Under the pieces are notes generated by a model, which saw only the letters and a list, made by a program, of their open reading frames with translations, was not told where the DNA came from and searched no databases. Shown piece by piece: positions 17,988 to 27,061 of a DNA stretch of 64,000 nucleotides; positions within the stretch are counted from its first letter, which is position 1, and every line of letters begins with the position of its first letter. Both the position numbers and the translations under genes were made by a program. This stretch comes from a virus (taxonomy: Duplodnaviria; Caudoviricetes), in the IMG/VR virus record IMGVR_UViG_3300009031_000221, positions 416,001 through 480,000 of that record, one strand, 5' to 3'.

Positions 17988-18349
17988 ATGTCACTTTCGA
18001 GTTTTGCAATCCGTTTCAGGAGGAACTCTTTGCTATTTACGTCAATCGGAGGAGGCATGACCCGCTTGGCTGACGTGTAGGATGCATTGTTAGGAGTACG
18101 AGGGAGAATGGAATTCGCTTCGGGAAACACCTCACCTTGCACCTCCCATCCAGATGTATACGACCGAGTGACATACTTACGGGCATTTATGACTTCAGCC
18201 ACTTCGCCATTATCCGCATCTACAACAGTTATGGCTACCTGTTCAAGGTCTTCATCCCCTGGATCGTCCATCTCGGCTTCCCAGAACGCATCTATCGAGG
18301 CATCCTCCCGGTAGACGGAACGGGCTTTGTTTGTACGCTTCGGAGGCAT
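17945..18349 (-). CDS. hypothetical protein
   Basis: Gene tiling. Confidence 0.55.
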   Translation of the reverse strand: MPPKRTNKARSVYREDASIDAFWEAEMDDPGDEDLEQVAITVVDADNGEVAEVINARKYVTRSYTSGWEVQGEVFPEANSILPRTPNNASYTSAKRVMPPPIDVNSKEFLLKRIAKLESDIWMMWRIRKGSSMA

Positions 18350-18357
18350 GACGGGCT

Positions 18358-19467
18358 CTACTTCTCCTTGGCGAGGTACTGCGGAGAACGCTGCTTGAGG
18401 ATGAGCCGGCGGTTGCTACCGTTGGGCCACAGAACGGTCTGTTCGACCATCGGCTTGATGACAATGCCTTCCCGCAGACGGTTGGGATCCAGGACGGACT
18501 TGCCGTTGCTGGCTTCCGCAATCGTACGCCCCGCCAGCCAATCCCGTAGGGTCACACCCTGAGCGAGAACGGGGACACGACGGGCTTCCGGGATGTACCG
18601 TAGCCAATCATCCACACTCAGGTAATCCGTGCCGACCTTGATGTCGAAGCACCGGAGTTCCGCCGTCTTCAGCCCGTAGATGTTCTTTTGGACGCCAGGG
18701 CCGATGAGTTCGGAACGGATGGCAACGGCAGCAGCCGGGAACGTCGGAGCCGGAATGTCCTTGACAACATCCAGGAACCCGGACTTGCGGGCGCAATCCC
18801 AGTAGGTGTTCGGTTCCCCCGGGATTTCCTCGATTTCGCAGGTACGGGTCAGGACGGCAAGCCGACCATCATCCGTACGGACGCAAGCCGTGTTCGTGCC
18901 CTCGAGCTTCTCCGTGACGCACACGGGGATATCCATCAGGAGGTCAACAATCTCCAGGTAATTGTCCGCCCCCTCCAGGTCGTACACGCCAACGCATTCG
19001 ATCATAGGGTGCATGACGGCACCGGGGAACATGGATTCCGGGGCATCGTACTTGCGAACGCCTAGCAGGAGGGTTACGTCCGTCCCGATCAAGGTATCCG
19101 CATCGATGATGGGGAGTTCCTTCGCCGGAGCGATCATGCCCTGGGAAATCTCCCCACGCATGACGCATGTTCTCAGACGGTTTTGTTCCACACCGACCAG
19201 CATGGTCTTGGTGACACGACCCATATCGTCACGGGTGACAACACCCGCTTCATCCTTGCCCCACAGGCCAAGGGCGTCGATGATCCACTGGGGCAGGAGG
19301 CTGTCAACGGGGAAGTAGACAACACGTTCGCCCTCAGTGTAGACGCCCTTTTGGATGCAGAACTGGTAGGCCAGCCCCTTCACGGACGCCAGTTCAAGGC
19401 GGTCAGCGGAAGGGTGCGGCCAAATACGGTCGATGGTACGAAGGGTGACTTGGAACGTGCTTGCCAT
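18358..19467 (-). CDS. RNA ligase, DRB0094 family
   Basis: HPSADRLE N-domain, TEKLEGT motif I, SELIG, FDI, EGIVIKP, LKQRS. Confidence 0.85.
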   Translation of the reverse strand: MASTFQVTLRTIDRIWPHPSADRLELASVKGLAYQFCIQKGVYTEGERVVYFPVDSLLPQWIIDALGLWGKDEAGVVTRDDMGRVTKTMLVGVEQNRLRTCVMRGEISQGMIAPAKELPIIDADTLIGTDVTLLLGVRKYDAPESMFPGAVMHPMIECVGVYDLEGADNYLEIVDLLMDIPVCVTEKLEGTNTACVRTDDGRLAVLTRTCEIEEIPGEPNTYWDCARKSGFLDVVKDIPAPTFPAAAVAIRSELIGPGVQKNIYGLKTAELRCFDIKVGTDYLSVDDWLRYIPEARRVPVLAQGVTLRDWLAGRTIAEASNGKSVLDPNRLREGIVIKPMVEQTVLWPNGSNRRLILKQRSPQYLAKEK

Positions 19468-19476
19468 ATTTACCTC

Positions 19477-19734
19477 TCAGATGTCGTCTTGACATTCTTG
19501 CCGACATGCTTTGCAGCACCGGCACAGGGTTTTCTTGTTGTTGACATCCATGGAGTACGGGCACGTGTGCTCATCCTCCGTGCCTTCCTTTCCGCACTTG
19601 CAACGAGGCGTGCTAAAATGATCAGGGATCCCCCGTGTCTGCCGGGACGGAATTCCTCGAGTCTTGTTGGAAGGGATCCCCCGTGTCTTGTTGTCTGGGA
19701 TGCCTCGAGTCTGATTGTTCGGACGGTCATTCAT
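19477..19734 (-). CDS. small protein: 4x TRGIP repeats plus Cys-rich Zn-binding tail
   Basis: Repeat visible in translation; CKC..HTCP..CRCC..C..EC. Confidence 0.65.
   Translation of the reverse strand: MNDRPNNQTRGIPDNKTRGIPSNKTRGIPSRQTRGIPDHFSTPRCKCGKEGTEDEHTCPYSMDVNNKKTLCRCCKACRQECQDDI
19624..19719 (-). repeat. 24-nt coding tandem repeat x4
   Basis: Units encode xxxTRGIP with alternating synonymous codons. Confidence 0.8.
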
Positions 19735-19771
19735 AAGGGTGCCTATCACCCATCGTCTGTGGGCGTGACCT

Positions 19772-19798
19772 ATCTACGCTCCTAATGGCGAAAGTAAG
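19772..19798 (-). promoter_or_regulatory. conserved promoter-like element
   Basis: CTTACTT-N12-GCGTAGAT; inverted-stem hairpin CCCA-CAGACGA-TGGG at 19749..19763. Confidence 0.85.
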
Positions 19799-19800
19799 TC

Positions 19801-20124
19801 CTAGCGATGTGCTTCCAATGTGCCCAGATCCGTAGAATGGTAGCAATTGCAATTGGCATTATGGAATATCGAATCCATCGGCTTCCACACCATCAATGAG
19901 GTCCACAGAATCTTCCCCAAGGGTACGTCATTAATCAATCGGGGATTCACCAAGTTCGTATCCGGGTGTGCCTTCTGACATGCTACCTGGCATGCAGGTA
20001 TGAACTCTCGACTGAGATTCTGAAGATCCGTGGTACGAATCGATACCACCTGGATCAGAATCACGATAATGGCAATCAAGGTCAAAGACCCGTAATCCTT
20101 GAGCCACTTCTTTACCCTTTCCAT
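19801..20124 (-). CDS. membrane-anchored protein
   Basis: N-terminal TM; stop abuts element. Confidence 0.6.
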   Translation of the reverse strand: MERVKKWLKDYGSLTLIAIIVILIQVVSIRTTDLQNLSREFIPACQVACQKAHPDTNLVNPRLINDVPLGKILWTSLMVWKPMDSIFHNANCNCYHSTDLGTLEAHR

Positions 20125-20126
20125 AT

Positions 20127-20429
20127 CTATTCCTCCAAGTCTGGGCCAATCAGGGATGCGACACGGCTTTCCCCAATATGAAATGCTTGATCCCTCAGAT
20201 TCTGTGCAGCACGGCGAACGATATCGATGTTCCCCTTACCCCGAATAACGTACTTCCCACTTAGGACATGCTGTGGCACAGGAGTACTTCCCGTTCCATG
20301 CTTAGTGGATACCACAGCTTCCCAGGACTTTCGCCAACATGCCTTGTGCAATTCAAAGGCTTGCTCAACGAACTCTAGGGGGATACCCCATTCGTCAGCA
20401 TAGTGTTGCGTAGGGTGCGGCTTCTCCAT
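20127..20429 (-). CDS. hypothetical protein
   Basis: Gene tiling. Confidence 0.6.
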   Translation of the reverse strand: MEKPHPTQHYADEWGIPLEFVEQAFELHKACWRKSWEAVVSTKHGTGSTPVPQHVLSGKYVIRGKGNIDIVRRAAQNLRDQAFHIGESRVASLIGPDLEE

Positions 20430-20444
20430 GGAAGCCTTTACCCG

Positions 20445-20789
20445 CTAGACAGGAAAAGACTGGCTAGCGATCCAGGCAGACACTTTGCGCTGAACGGAAG
20501 GGATGGCTTGGAATGAGTACAGATCATGGAATGATGTTGGACCCAAAGCAGCCATACGCGGACCCCAAACGGCCTGAAGATATGCGGGATTGATATTGAC
20601 GATGTGATCCGGCACGTAGATTGTCACGCCATCGGTATCCATTTCCATCTCATCGAAGCGGATGCCATCTGCTTGAAGCATAGCCTGCAGCATGTCCCCG
20701 TCTTCCCTTCCCATCAAAGCCGTTTCGTCACCTGTGAGGTAATCCGCCAGATCAACCGTTGCCACGTCATTCTCCTGTATTGAGTGCAT
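20445..20789 (-). CDS. hypothetical protein
   Basis: Gene tiling. Confidence 0.6.
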   Translation of the reverse strand: MHSIQENDVATVDLADYLTGDETALMGREDGDMLQAMLQADGIRFDEMEMDTDGVTIYVPDHIVNINPAYLQAVWGPRMAALGPTSFHDLYSFQAIPSVQRKVSAWIASQSFPV

Positions 20790-20817
20790 TCAAGAAACCC
20801 TCTAAACAATACCCAAG

Positions 20818-21063
20818 TTATTCGCCGAATGGGCACGCTTCCTTGAGGTGGTAAGTCATATCGCCTTCTTCAGGACGAAAACTCTCAGGGTCAGCATCGT
20901 AACGAGCTTCTACCCGGGTCATGTCCCCAACGATAGGAAGCATGAGCAGTACCTTCGTAGGACATCGCTCTGCCCCCATGGCATGACCATCCCCAAGGGC
21001 GATAGCAGCCGTACAAATCCGGTATCCCGTGTGAACGTGAACGGTAGATCCCTTGGTAATCAT
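20818..21063 (-). CDS. hypothetical protein
   Basis: ATGA coupling. Confidence 0.6.
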   Translation of the reverse strand: MITKGSTVHVHTGYRICTAAIALGDGHAMGAERCPTKVLLMLPIVGDMTRVEARYDADPESFRPEEGDMTYHLKEACPFGE

Positions 21064-21422
21064 GCCGCTGCCGCCACTTCGCGAAGGTCAAGGTGCTCAT
21101 CGCTGTAGGGACGGTCGATGGATGCCATGCCGGAGTTCGTACGGCAGTGGATGTCAACCGTGGGGCTTTGCATGAGGTACGCCAGGGGCAACTCATAGGT
21201 TTCCACCATGAGTGCAGCACCAGGGCTGGTCGTACCGATGCAGGTTGCCATGATGTGTGGGCGTGCCATCTTGGCATACACGGCACCCTTGGAATCGGGA
21301 GCGGTGAATCCAAGGATGATCGCATCACTGTACGCATCCAATGCAACACGAATGGTCTGCCCCGCCTGGAAAACCCGGCCGTCAGGAGCAATCACGGATG
21401 TCTTGCTGTAGGACTCGCTCAT
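21060..21422 (-). CDS. hypothetical protein
   Basis: GGAGA RBS; start trimmed. Confidence 0.65.
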   Translation of the reverse strand: MSESYSKTSVIAPDGRVFQAGQTIRVALDAYSDAIILGFTAPDSKGAVYAKMARPHIMATCIGTTSPGAALMVETYELPLAYLMQSPTVDIHCRTNSGMASIDRPYSDEHLDLREVAAAA

Positions 21423-21435
21423 GATGTCCAATCTC

Positions 21436-21591
21436 CTACTTGGTGGGGGTGCAAACCTTTTGTGCCGCAATCAGTTCCCGAATTTCCACCCGGGTGACGT
21501 AACCTTGAAGGGCTAGGGTTGCAACAATACCGATTGCACACATGCACATTGCAAACTTGATGTCTTTCAGTTCTTTCAGAATGGCATCCAT
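21436..21591 (-). CDS. small membrane protein
   Basis: GGAACGACGATG start context after element at 21625. Confidence 0.65.
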   Translation of the reverse strand: MDAILKELKDIKFAMCMCAIGIVATLALQGYVTRVEIRELIAAQKVCTPTK

Positions 21592-21624
21592 CGTCGTTCC
21601 CCTGGGAATCCGTTCCCGCACCCT

Positions 21625-21651
21625 ATCTACGCTGCTTGTTTGGGAAGTAAG
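21625..21651 (-). promoter_or_regulatory. conserved promoter-like element
   Basis: CTTACTT-N12-GCGTAGAT; hairpin GGGAA-CGGA-TTCCC at 21604..21617. Confidence 0.85.
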
Positions 21652-22169
21652 CCCCGCTGATACAAACAAGCATGTACCCTGGATTGAATAGACGTTTGCA
21701 CCAAGTCCCACCCATACCGAGTCAAATCAGGCCGTTTGTGAGGAGACATAATCAGGATTGCGGGAGACACACACCCTAGTTGATGAAGCAACATCGGCAT
21801 CCAGGATGGATCAAGCAAATGCATCGCATAGCTGCAGCACGCCAAGGAATAGCTACCCGTAATCCCGTTCGATGCGATGGATTGGAAGGACAACGGAATG
21901 GCATCCTGTCCCGTTCGTTCCTTGTAGGCTTGCCCTGTGTAGGGATCTATCCCGGTGGCATGTCCCCCGAGGGATTTCACTTCTAGCGTGATTTCCCCCG
22001 AACCGCAAGCCAAATCCAGCACGTTGGTCAAATCGAGATTCCAATCTTGGACGCATTGCCGAAAGCATGCACGGACAATAGCCTCATGCGGGTTCCTATA
22101 GGTTCCACCATCCTTTTGGTAGAACCCAGCGACACCCTGTTGCACGTACTGGCTCCGAATGCTATTCAT
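21627..22169 (-). CDS. class I SAM-dependent methyltransferase
   Basis: VLDLACGSGE motif I, GIDP, YAMHL. Confidence 0.75.
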   Translation of the reverse strand: MNSIRSQYVQQGVAGFYQKDGGTYRNPHEAIVRACFRQCVQDWNLDLTNVLDLACGSGEITLEVKSLGGHATGIDPYTGQAYKERTGQDAIPLSFQSIASNGITGSYSLACCSYAMHLLDPSWMPMLLHQLGCVSPAILIMSPHKRPDLTRYGWDLVQTSIQSRVHACLYQRGLLPKQAA

Positions 22170-22938
22170 TGCTGGGGAACCCTTGATTCATATGTTGCGC
22201 CGTTCGAGTTATCCAACTTTTGAATTGATCTACGGACATTGTTCCTTTGCCCCTATTGCATGTAATGCAGCATGAAACAACATTTCCTAGTTCATATCCT
22301 TTATCGTTGTCTACACGATCAATCCCTGTGTAAACAATGCCGCCGTTCCGACCGTGTTTTGATGGTATTACATTTGCTGGAGGAGCCCCACAGTAGTAGC
22401 ATAATCCGCTAACAAGCTCCTTAAACTCCAGAACCCCCAATGTGAATGCTAAATGTCGTTTTCTAGCACTTGCTCTATAAGTGCCAAGCAATGCGTTCCA
22501 CGCGGCTACTCCTTTAGGCAATGACCGGGATGAATTTTGGGCTTGGATTCGGGCTCGTTGAAAACATCCGCAGCTTAGAGTCGCCCCAGAGGCTAAATGC
22601 GTAGTTCGAATTCCTACCTCAGATCCACAATCACATTTACACCACCATACTATCCGGGGCTTTGGCACTTTGTCGGACATCTTTTGAACTTCCCGGCGCA
22701 ATACAACAAGTTTGCCAAACCGGTGACCTGTTAAGTCAGTATAAGGCTTCACTCCAATATCCGCCCGAAGACACCCACAACTCTTAGTTCGTCCGATCCG
22801 CAGGGAATTCATGAATACAACGACATGATTGCCGCAGTCGCACGCACATTCCCAGTAGGCCACCCCTTTACGGGGGATTCGTTCTATCGCAACTAATCGC
22901 CCAAATCGTTGCCCCGTTAAGTCCTTAACTTTCCGCAT
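22162..22938 (-). mobile_element. HNH homing endonuclease with DLTGQRFGRL repeats
   Basis: Two DLTG.RFG.L...C.CDCG modules; GIDRVDNDKGYELGNVVSCCITCN; lower GC. Confidence 0.8.
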
Positions 22939-22996
22939 TATGAACTCCGCACATACCTTTATTAGGTTGTCCGCTAATGGACGTGCGATAACTCCA

Positions 22997-23341
22997 CTAT
23001 TGGAAAGATTCAGGCACCAAACGCCGCATTCTAGCGTAAGTGGCTTGAATTGCAAACATTTGTCTTTTCACATGATCGTCCGTCATCGAGGTACTCCAGG
23101 CTGGCCACGTCAATTTCTTGCGTAGCCCTTCGTAGGCGGCAGCCGCAATCGCTTCCTGTGCATTCAGGTGCCGAACGTAGCCCAAGGCCGTGGCATTCCA
23201 CTTGGCCATCTCGATCCAGCGGGTATGTGCGTTGGTCACACGCTTGATGATTTCCTTGGCACGAGGGCTCAAGGTGGGATCATCTACCGCTTTGGGCACG
23301 CGATTGTCTTCGATGAAGTAGTGGAATGCGTTTCCTGTCAT
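22997..23341 (-). CDS. hypothetical protein
   Basis: Gene tiling; start trimmed. Confidence 0.6.
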   Translation of the reverse strand: MTGNAFHYFIEDNRVPKAVDDPTLSPRAKEIIKRVTNAHTRWIEMAKWNATALGYVRHLNAQEAIAAAAYEGLRKKLTWPAWSTSMTDDHVKRQMFAIQATYARMRRLVPESFQ

Positions 23342-23348
23342 GGGCTCC

Positions 23349-23567
23349 TCACAAATCAAGGGTGCAGAACTCCACCTGAACCTTGGAATCATCCTCGGCA
23401 AAGGTGTAGGCGTTCTTACCGGGCAAGTAGGGATGCGGGACGATGCCCGTCACGGTGCCGACCTGGAGGTTGGACTTGAAGGGCTTGCCGGAGATCTTGC
23501 GAACCCGCTGTCCAACCTCAACCAAATTCTTTTCACGTCTCGGCATGGTTTCCATCTCCCTGTTCAA
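23349..23567 (-). CDS. hypothetical protein (SH3-like)
   Basis: Downstream of element at 23567. Confidence 0.6.
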   Translation of the reverse strand: MNREMETMPRREKNLVEVGQRVRKISGKPFKSNLQVGTVTGIVPHPYLPGKNAYTFAEDDSKVQVEFCTLDL

Positions 23568-23593
23568 TCTACGCGGGTTGCGTACGAAGTAAG
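23567..23593 (-). promoter_or_regulatory. conserved promoter-like element
   Basis: CTTACTT-N12-GCGTAGAT. Confidence 0.85.
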
Positions 23594-23594
23594 T

Positions 23595-23861
23595 CTAGAC
23601 CAAGTAGGCGATGACAGCGATGGACGGCACCACGTTGAAGCGCTTGTAGGATGCGTGATGGCACACCTCCGTCACGCGGAGGAACACGCAGTTCCCGTCT
23701 TGAAACTTCAGCAAGGACTCCGGCAAGAGCGGGTTTCCCACGCCGAAGAAGAGGAGTTCCCCCTTCGCGGGCTTCTCGGCGAGTTCCAACTCGATATCGC
23801 CGAATTCGATGATCCCACGAAAGAATGACATTTTACGCACATTGACGCTGACCTTGACCAT
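23595..23861 (-). CDS. hypothetical protein
   Basis: TAG stop abuts element. Confidence 0.65.
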   Translation of the reverse strand: MVKVSVNVRKMSFFRGIIEFGDIELELAEKPAKGELLFFGVGNPLLPESLLKFQDGNCVFLRVTEVCHHASYKRFNVVPSIAVIAYLV

Positions 23862-23873
23862 GATGTTGAACTC

Positions 23874-24236
23874 CTACTTGGCCTTGGGGGCCTTGGTGGA
23901 TTTGCCCATGGCAGCCTTGACGGCAGCCACGACGAAGGTCTTCTTGTGGGTCTTCAGGCCGATGCCGAAGGCCAAGCAGAGGACAGCCTGCAAAAGGGTG
24001 TGATACGTTTCCGCATTGTCCCCTTCCAGTTCACCCGGATCCCCGATCCCGTCCATCTTCGTCGCCATGCTCAGCAAGAGCTTGCGAACTTCGGGGTCTT
24101 CATAGCCCTCGGCCTCGATCATCGGGACGATGCGTTGGCTGTCCATCGCCAAGTCAAGAAAGTTTTTCAACACAGGCTGCTTCATGTTCATGCTCCTCGA
24201 GGGGTTAGACCGCCTCGTCAATTCGCAGATCCGCAC
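23874..24236 (-). CDS. hypothetical protein
   Basis: Codon bias; start probably near 24191. Confidence 0.65.
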   Translation of the reverse strand: MRICELTRRSNPSRSMNMKQPVLKNFLDLAMDSQRIVPMIEAEGYEDPEVRKLLLSMATKMDGIGDPGELEGDNAETYHTLLQAVLCLAFGIGLKTHKKTFVVAAVKAAMGKSTKAPKAK

Positions 24237-24612
24237 CGGAGTAGCCGTCCGTGGACACCCGGCAATTCAGGCCTTCCAGGCAAACCAGTTCGCCCATGGC
24301 CACTTCCTGGACGGTCTTGCCACGCTGGGCGTACCGTTCCGACATCGTGAGGCGGTCATCCGCGATGATGACGCATTCCTCGGACAGGCCGAAATCCTTG
24401 CCGCCAACCTCGCGATTGTGCGCCTTGAAGGTATCCAGGCTCAAATCCCACGGGGCGGGCTTGGAGAAGTTCGCATCCGGCCACCGGGCCTGCGAGGCCT
24501 TCAGGGATTCCTGCGAATCCTTGTAGAAGCCGCCGATGGTGTAGGCGCGATACCAACCGCGTCCCTGGATGTGGAGGATGTCACCGTGATTGAGGGTCTT
24601 GAGGTCACTCAT
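24205..24612 (-). CDS. hypothetical protein
   Basis: Downstream of element at 24657. Confidence 0.7.
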   Translation of the reverse strand: MSDLKTLNHGDILHIQGRGWYRAYTIGGFYKDSQESLKASQARWPDANFSKPAPWDLSLDTFKAHNREVGGKDFGLSEECVIIADDRLTMSERYAQRGKTVQEVAMGELVCLEGLNCRVSTDGYSGADLRIDEAV

Positions 24613-24656
24613 GTTCGTCTCCAGGCGGGCTAGTCGTTTGCAGCCCCCTATGTATC

Positions 24657-24683
24657 ATCTACGCTGATGGAGGCGAAAGTAAG
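24657..24683 (-). promoter_or_regulatory. conserved promoter-like element
   Basis: CTTACTT-N12-GCGTAGAT. Confidence 0.85.
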
Positions 24684-25220
24684 TCACGCCTCAACCGATT
24701 TGAAGCATTCTTTGTGATACAAACGGCTTACGCTCAGCTTAAGCCGCGTATCGGCATCCTTGCCCCGAATCCACACGGCAGGGGCATCCACGTCAATGTA
24801 CTTGCCGCATGCACCACAGGCAGTCATGGAATTGCACGTAATGTCGATGGCGACATGGTTCAGGATCTTGGGCTGCGGCTTGGGCGCCTGACGCATTTCC
24901 ATCATCCGTTCAATGGATTGCAAACCCCGCCTCATCTTGTCGCCCTCGGTGGTATTCGAGGTGTGGATGCGAATCACCGGCGGCATGTAGGTAGAGCATG
25001 TGGCAACCTGCTCCTCAATCCACAGGAACACGGCATAGCCCTCACGGGGGCGCCCGTCCGCATCGGGAGGCAAACCCAGGTCGTTGTCCAAGCTGATCTC
25101 GTCAACCAGGCCAGGAACCTTCAGCAATTCGATGGTTGCCTCAGGCGTGTAGGTACGCACCCAATCCAGGGTGACACCCGCTGCCTCCGGGGTACGCTCA
25201 TCATCAAGGAACAACTTCAT
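24684..25220 (-). CDS. cyclic-phosphate-processing receiver-domain protein
   Basis: MKLFLDDERTP, ISLDNDLG, IRIHTSN. Confidence 0.75.
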   Translation of the reverse strand: MKLFLDDERTPEAAGVTLDWVRTYTPEATIELLKVPGLVDEISLDNDLGLPPDADGRPREGYAVFLWIEEQVATCSTYMPPVIRIHTSNTTEGDKMRRGLQSIERMMEMRQAPKPQPKILNHVAIDITCNSMTACGACGKYIDVDAPAVWIRGKDADTRLKLSVSRLYHKECFKSVEA

Positions 25221-25423
25221 TTCGAATCCTCCGTTCGTTCCACGATTTCCAGGTTCGCACATAGGCATTCGCAATCACCCATCTTGTCCAGATAGGCGTA
25301 TGCCTTACCTTCCACCTTCTCGATCCGGTTCGTCTTGATGACGAACGTATGATCCCTGACCTTCAAGGCGGCAAGGTAGGCCTTATCGATATCCCCACGT
25401 GCCGTGAATGTTGCACGTTCCAT
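25217..25423 (-). CDS. hypothetical protein
   Basis: Downstream of element at 25468. Confidence 0.6.
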   Translation of the reverse strand: MERATFTARGDIDKAYLAALKVRDHTFVIKTNRIEKVEGKAYAYLDKMGDCECLCANLEIVERTEDSK

Positions 25424-25467
25424 TCTCTCTTCATGTCCATTCCTCGAGGGCATCGTGCCTACGTTCT

Positions 25468-25494
25468 ATCTACGCTGTTCCCACAAGAAGTAAG
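25468..25494 (-). promoter_or_regulatory. conserved promoter-like element (divergent pair, left)
   Basis: CTTACTT-N12-GCGTAGAT. Confidence 0.85.
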
Positions 25495-25508
25495 TGTCCT
25501 ATGCGTGA

Positions 25509-25535
25509 CTTACTTTCCTACCCATCAGCGTAGAT
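25509..25535 (+). promoter_or_regulatory. conserved promoter-like element (divergent pair, right)
   Basis: CTTACTT-N12-GCGTAGAT; hairpin GGGCG-ATGA-CGCCC at 25543..25556. Confidence 0.85.
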
Positions 25536-25572
25536 GATACATGGGCGATGACGCCCTCCTAAAGGAACGACG

Positions 25573-25920
25573 ATGAACACGGGAAGCTTGGTCAATCTCC
25601 TCACGGCGAATACTCCCAACACCGTCAAGCCGGAACCCGGTGTCGGCGCAACCCTCCTGTCCTGGACGGATCGCCACGCTGGAACCATCGAGAGGGTCGA
25701 GGGAAAGCGTCTTTGGTGGAAGCGGGACACTGCGACCCGCACGGACAGCAACGGCATGTCGGAATCGCAGGCATACACCTTCGAGCGCAACCCCGATGCC
25801 TCCGAGCAACTGTTCACCCTGCGTCCGAATGGTCGTTGGGTTCAGAAGGGTTCGCCCATGAAGTCCGGGTGTTGCCTGTCCATCGGACACCGTTCCCAGT
25901 ACTTCGATTACAGCTTCTAA
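25573..25920 (+). CDS. conserved phage hypothetical protein
   Basis: GGAACGACGATG start context. Confidence 0.75.
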   Translation: MNTGSLVNLLTANTPNTVKPEPGVGATLLSWTDRHAGTIERVEGKRLWWKRDTATRTDSNGMSESQAYTFERNPDASEQLFTLRPNGRWVQKGSPMKSGCCLSIGHRSQYFDYSF

Positions 25921-25940
25921 AGAATTCTTTCCGAAGGGCA

Positions 25941-25967
25941 CTTACTTTTCCCATCGACAGCGTAGAT
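25941..25967 (+). promoter_or_regulatory. conserved promoter-like element
   Basis: CTTACTT-N12-GCGTAGAT, identical to the copy at 28325. Confidence 0.85.
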
Positions 25968-26016
25968 GGTATGTGGGCACCGAACGCCCCTCAACACACA
26001 CAAGGAACCTGACACC

Positions 26017-26169
26017 ATGAAGAACCTCAAGAACGTCACCCCCCGCGGCAGCAACGACAACGACCAGGGTCGCAAGAACAGCGGCAAGAAGTCATTCGAC
26101 GGGGGCATCCATCGCGGTTGCACCAAGCCCACGAAGTTCAAGGATCGTCGCGTTGTCGAGTGGCGCTAA
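26017..26169 (+). CDS. small basic protein (50 aa)
   Basis: AAGGAACC RBS; strong codon bias. Confidence 0.6.
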   Translation: MKNLKNVTPRGSNDNDQGRKNSGKKSFDGGIHRGCTKPTKFKDRRVVEWR

Positions 26170-26205
26170 GCCGCAAGGCCTTACACGGAACCTGGGAGAC
26201 GACCG

Positions 26206-26460
26206 ATGAATGATGAATTGTGGACGAAGCGGGACGGGACGACCATCAAGGTGTCCGAAATGACGGAAGACCACTTGCGGCGTACCGTGAAGATGGTTTC
26301 CAACAACCGGCGCTTCGACCTGGTGGTCGATGAAATGTCCGTGGAAATGTGTCGCGGATGGCTGTGCGATTACCTCAAGACCAAGCGGGAATTGGTGGAA
26401 TCGATCGATGCCTTGATGTTCGCCTTGTTGGAGGTAACGGGAGAGGTTGCTTACGCATAG
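26206..26460 (+). CDS. hypothetical protein
   Basis: GGAG RBS. Confidence 0.65.
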   Translation: MNDELWTKRDGTTIKVSEMTEDHLRRTVKMVSNNRRFDLVVDEMSVEMCRGWLCDYLKTKRELVESIDALMFALLEVTGEVAYA

Positions 26461-26469
26461 AGGAACGTC

Positions 26470-26586
26470 ATGAAGGCACACGCCAAGAATCGCCGTGATA
26501 CCAAGACCAACAACAGCCCCGTTCGTGGGGCTCGTGGCGGGGATCGTGCCGCTGCCAAGCGTGCCATCCTGGCGGATGTACGGTAG
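26470..26586 (+). CDS. small basic peptide (38 aa, not in ORF track)
   Basis: Manual translation MKAHAKNRRDTKTNNSPVRGARGGDRAAAKRAILADVR; GAGGAA RBS; stop abuts element. Confidence 0.55.
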   Translation: MKAHAKNRRDTKTNNSPVRGARGGDRAAAKRAILADVR

Positions 26587-26588
26587 CA

Positions 26589-26615
26589 CTTACTTTCCCT
26601 TCTAGCAGCGTAGAT
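26589..26615 (+). promoter_or_regulatory. conserved promoter-like element
   Basis: CTTACTT-N12-GCGTAGAT. Confidence 0.85.
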
Positions 26616-26653
26616 GTAATACGGGACGCGAAAGACGCCCCAAGGAACCTACG

Positions 26654-27061
26654 ATGCAACTTTCCCGATACAAAATCCTCACGGGGCCGCTGGCGGGTCA
26701 AATCGTGACGGCTCATCAACTTGAGCGTCGGGCTACCCCCACGTCGGAACTGGACAACGCACTAGGGAGCGGTATCTGGATCCCTTCATTGGGCGTGCGG
26801 GTTGCTGCGGATCAGGACGCCTACAGCGTTCCCTCGGCATATGTGGATCTGGTTGTCCCCTTTGACCGATTCAATCAGGAAATCTTCATCGGGGATACCC
26901 TTCATGCGGCATCGAAAGCAGCCGTCATTCGGGTCAAGGTTACGGGAATTGGCAAGTCCCATTGGGATAGCGGGCACAAGCGGAAACTCCGTGTCCAAGA
27001 CATCGACTCCGGGGCCACGTTGACCATCAACAACCCCGCCCACTGCATCAAGATTGTCTAG
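26654..27061 (+). CDS. hypothetical protein
   Basis: GGAACCTACGATG start context. Confidence 0.75.
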   Translation: MQLSRYKILTGPLAGQIVTAHQLERRATPTSELDNALGSGIWIPSLGVRVAADQDAYSVPSAYVDLVVPFDRFNQEIFIGDTLHAASKAAVIRVKVTGIGKSHWDSGHKRKLRVQDIDSGATLTINNPAHCIKIV

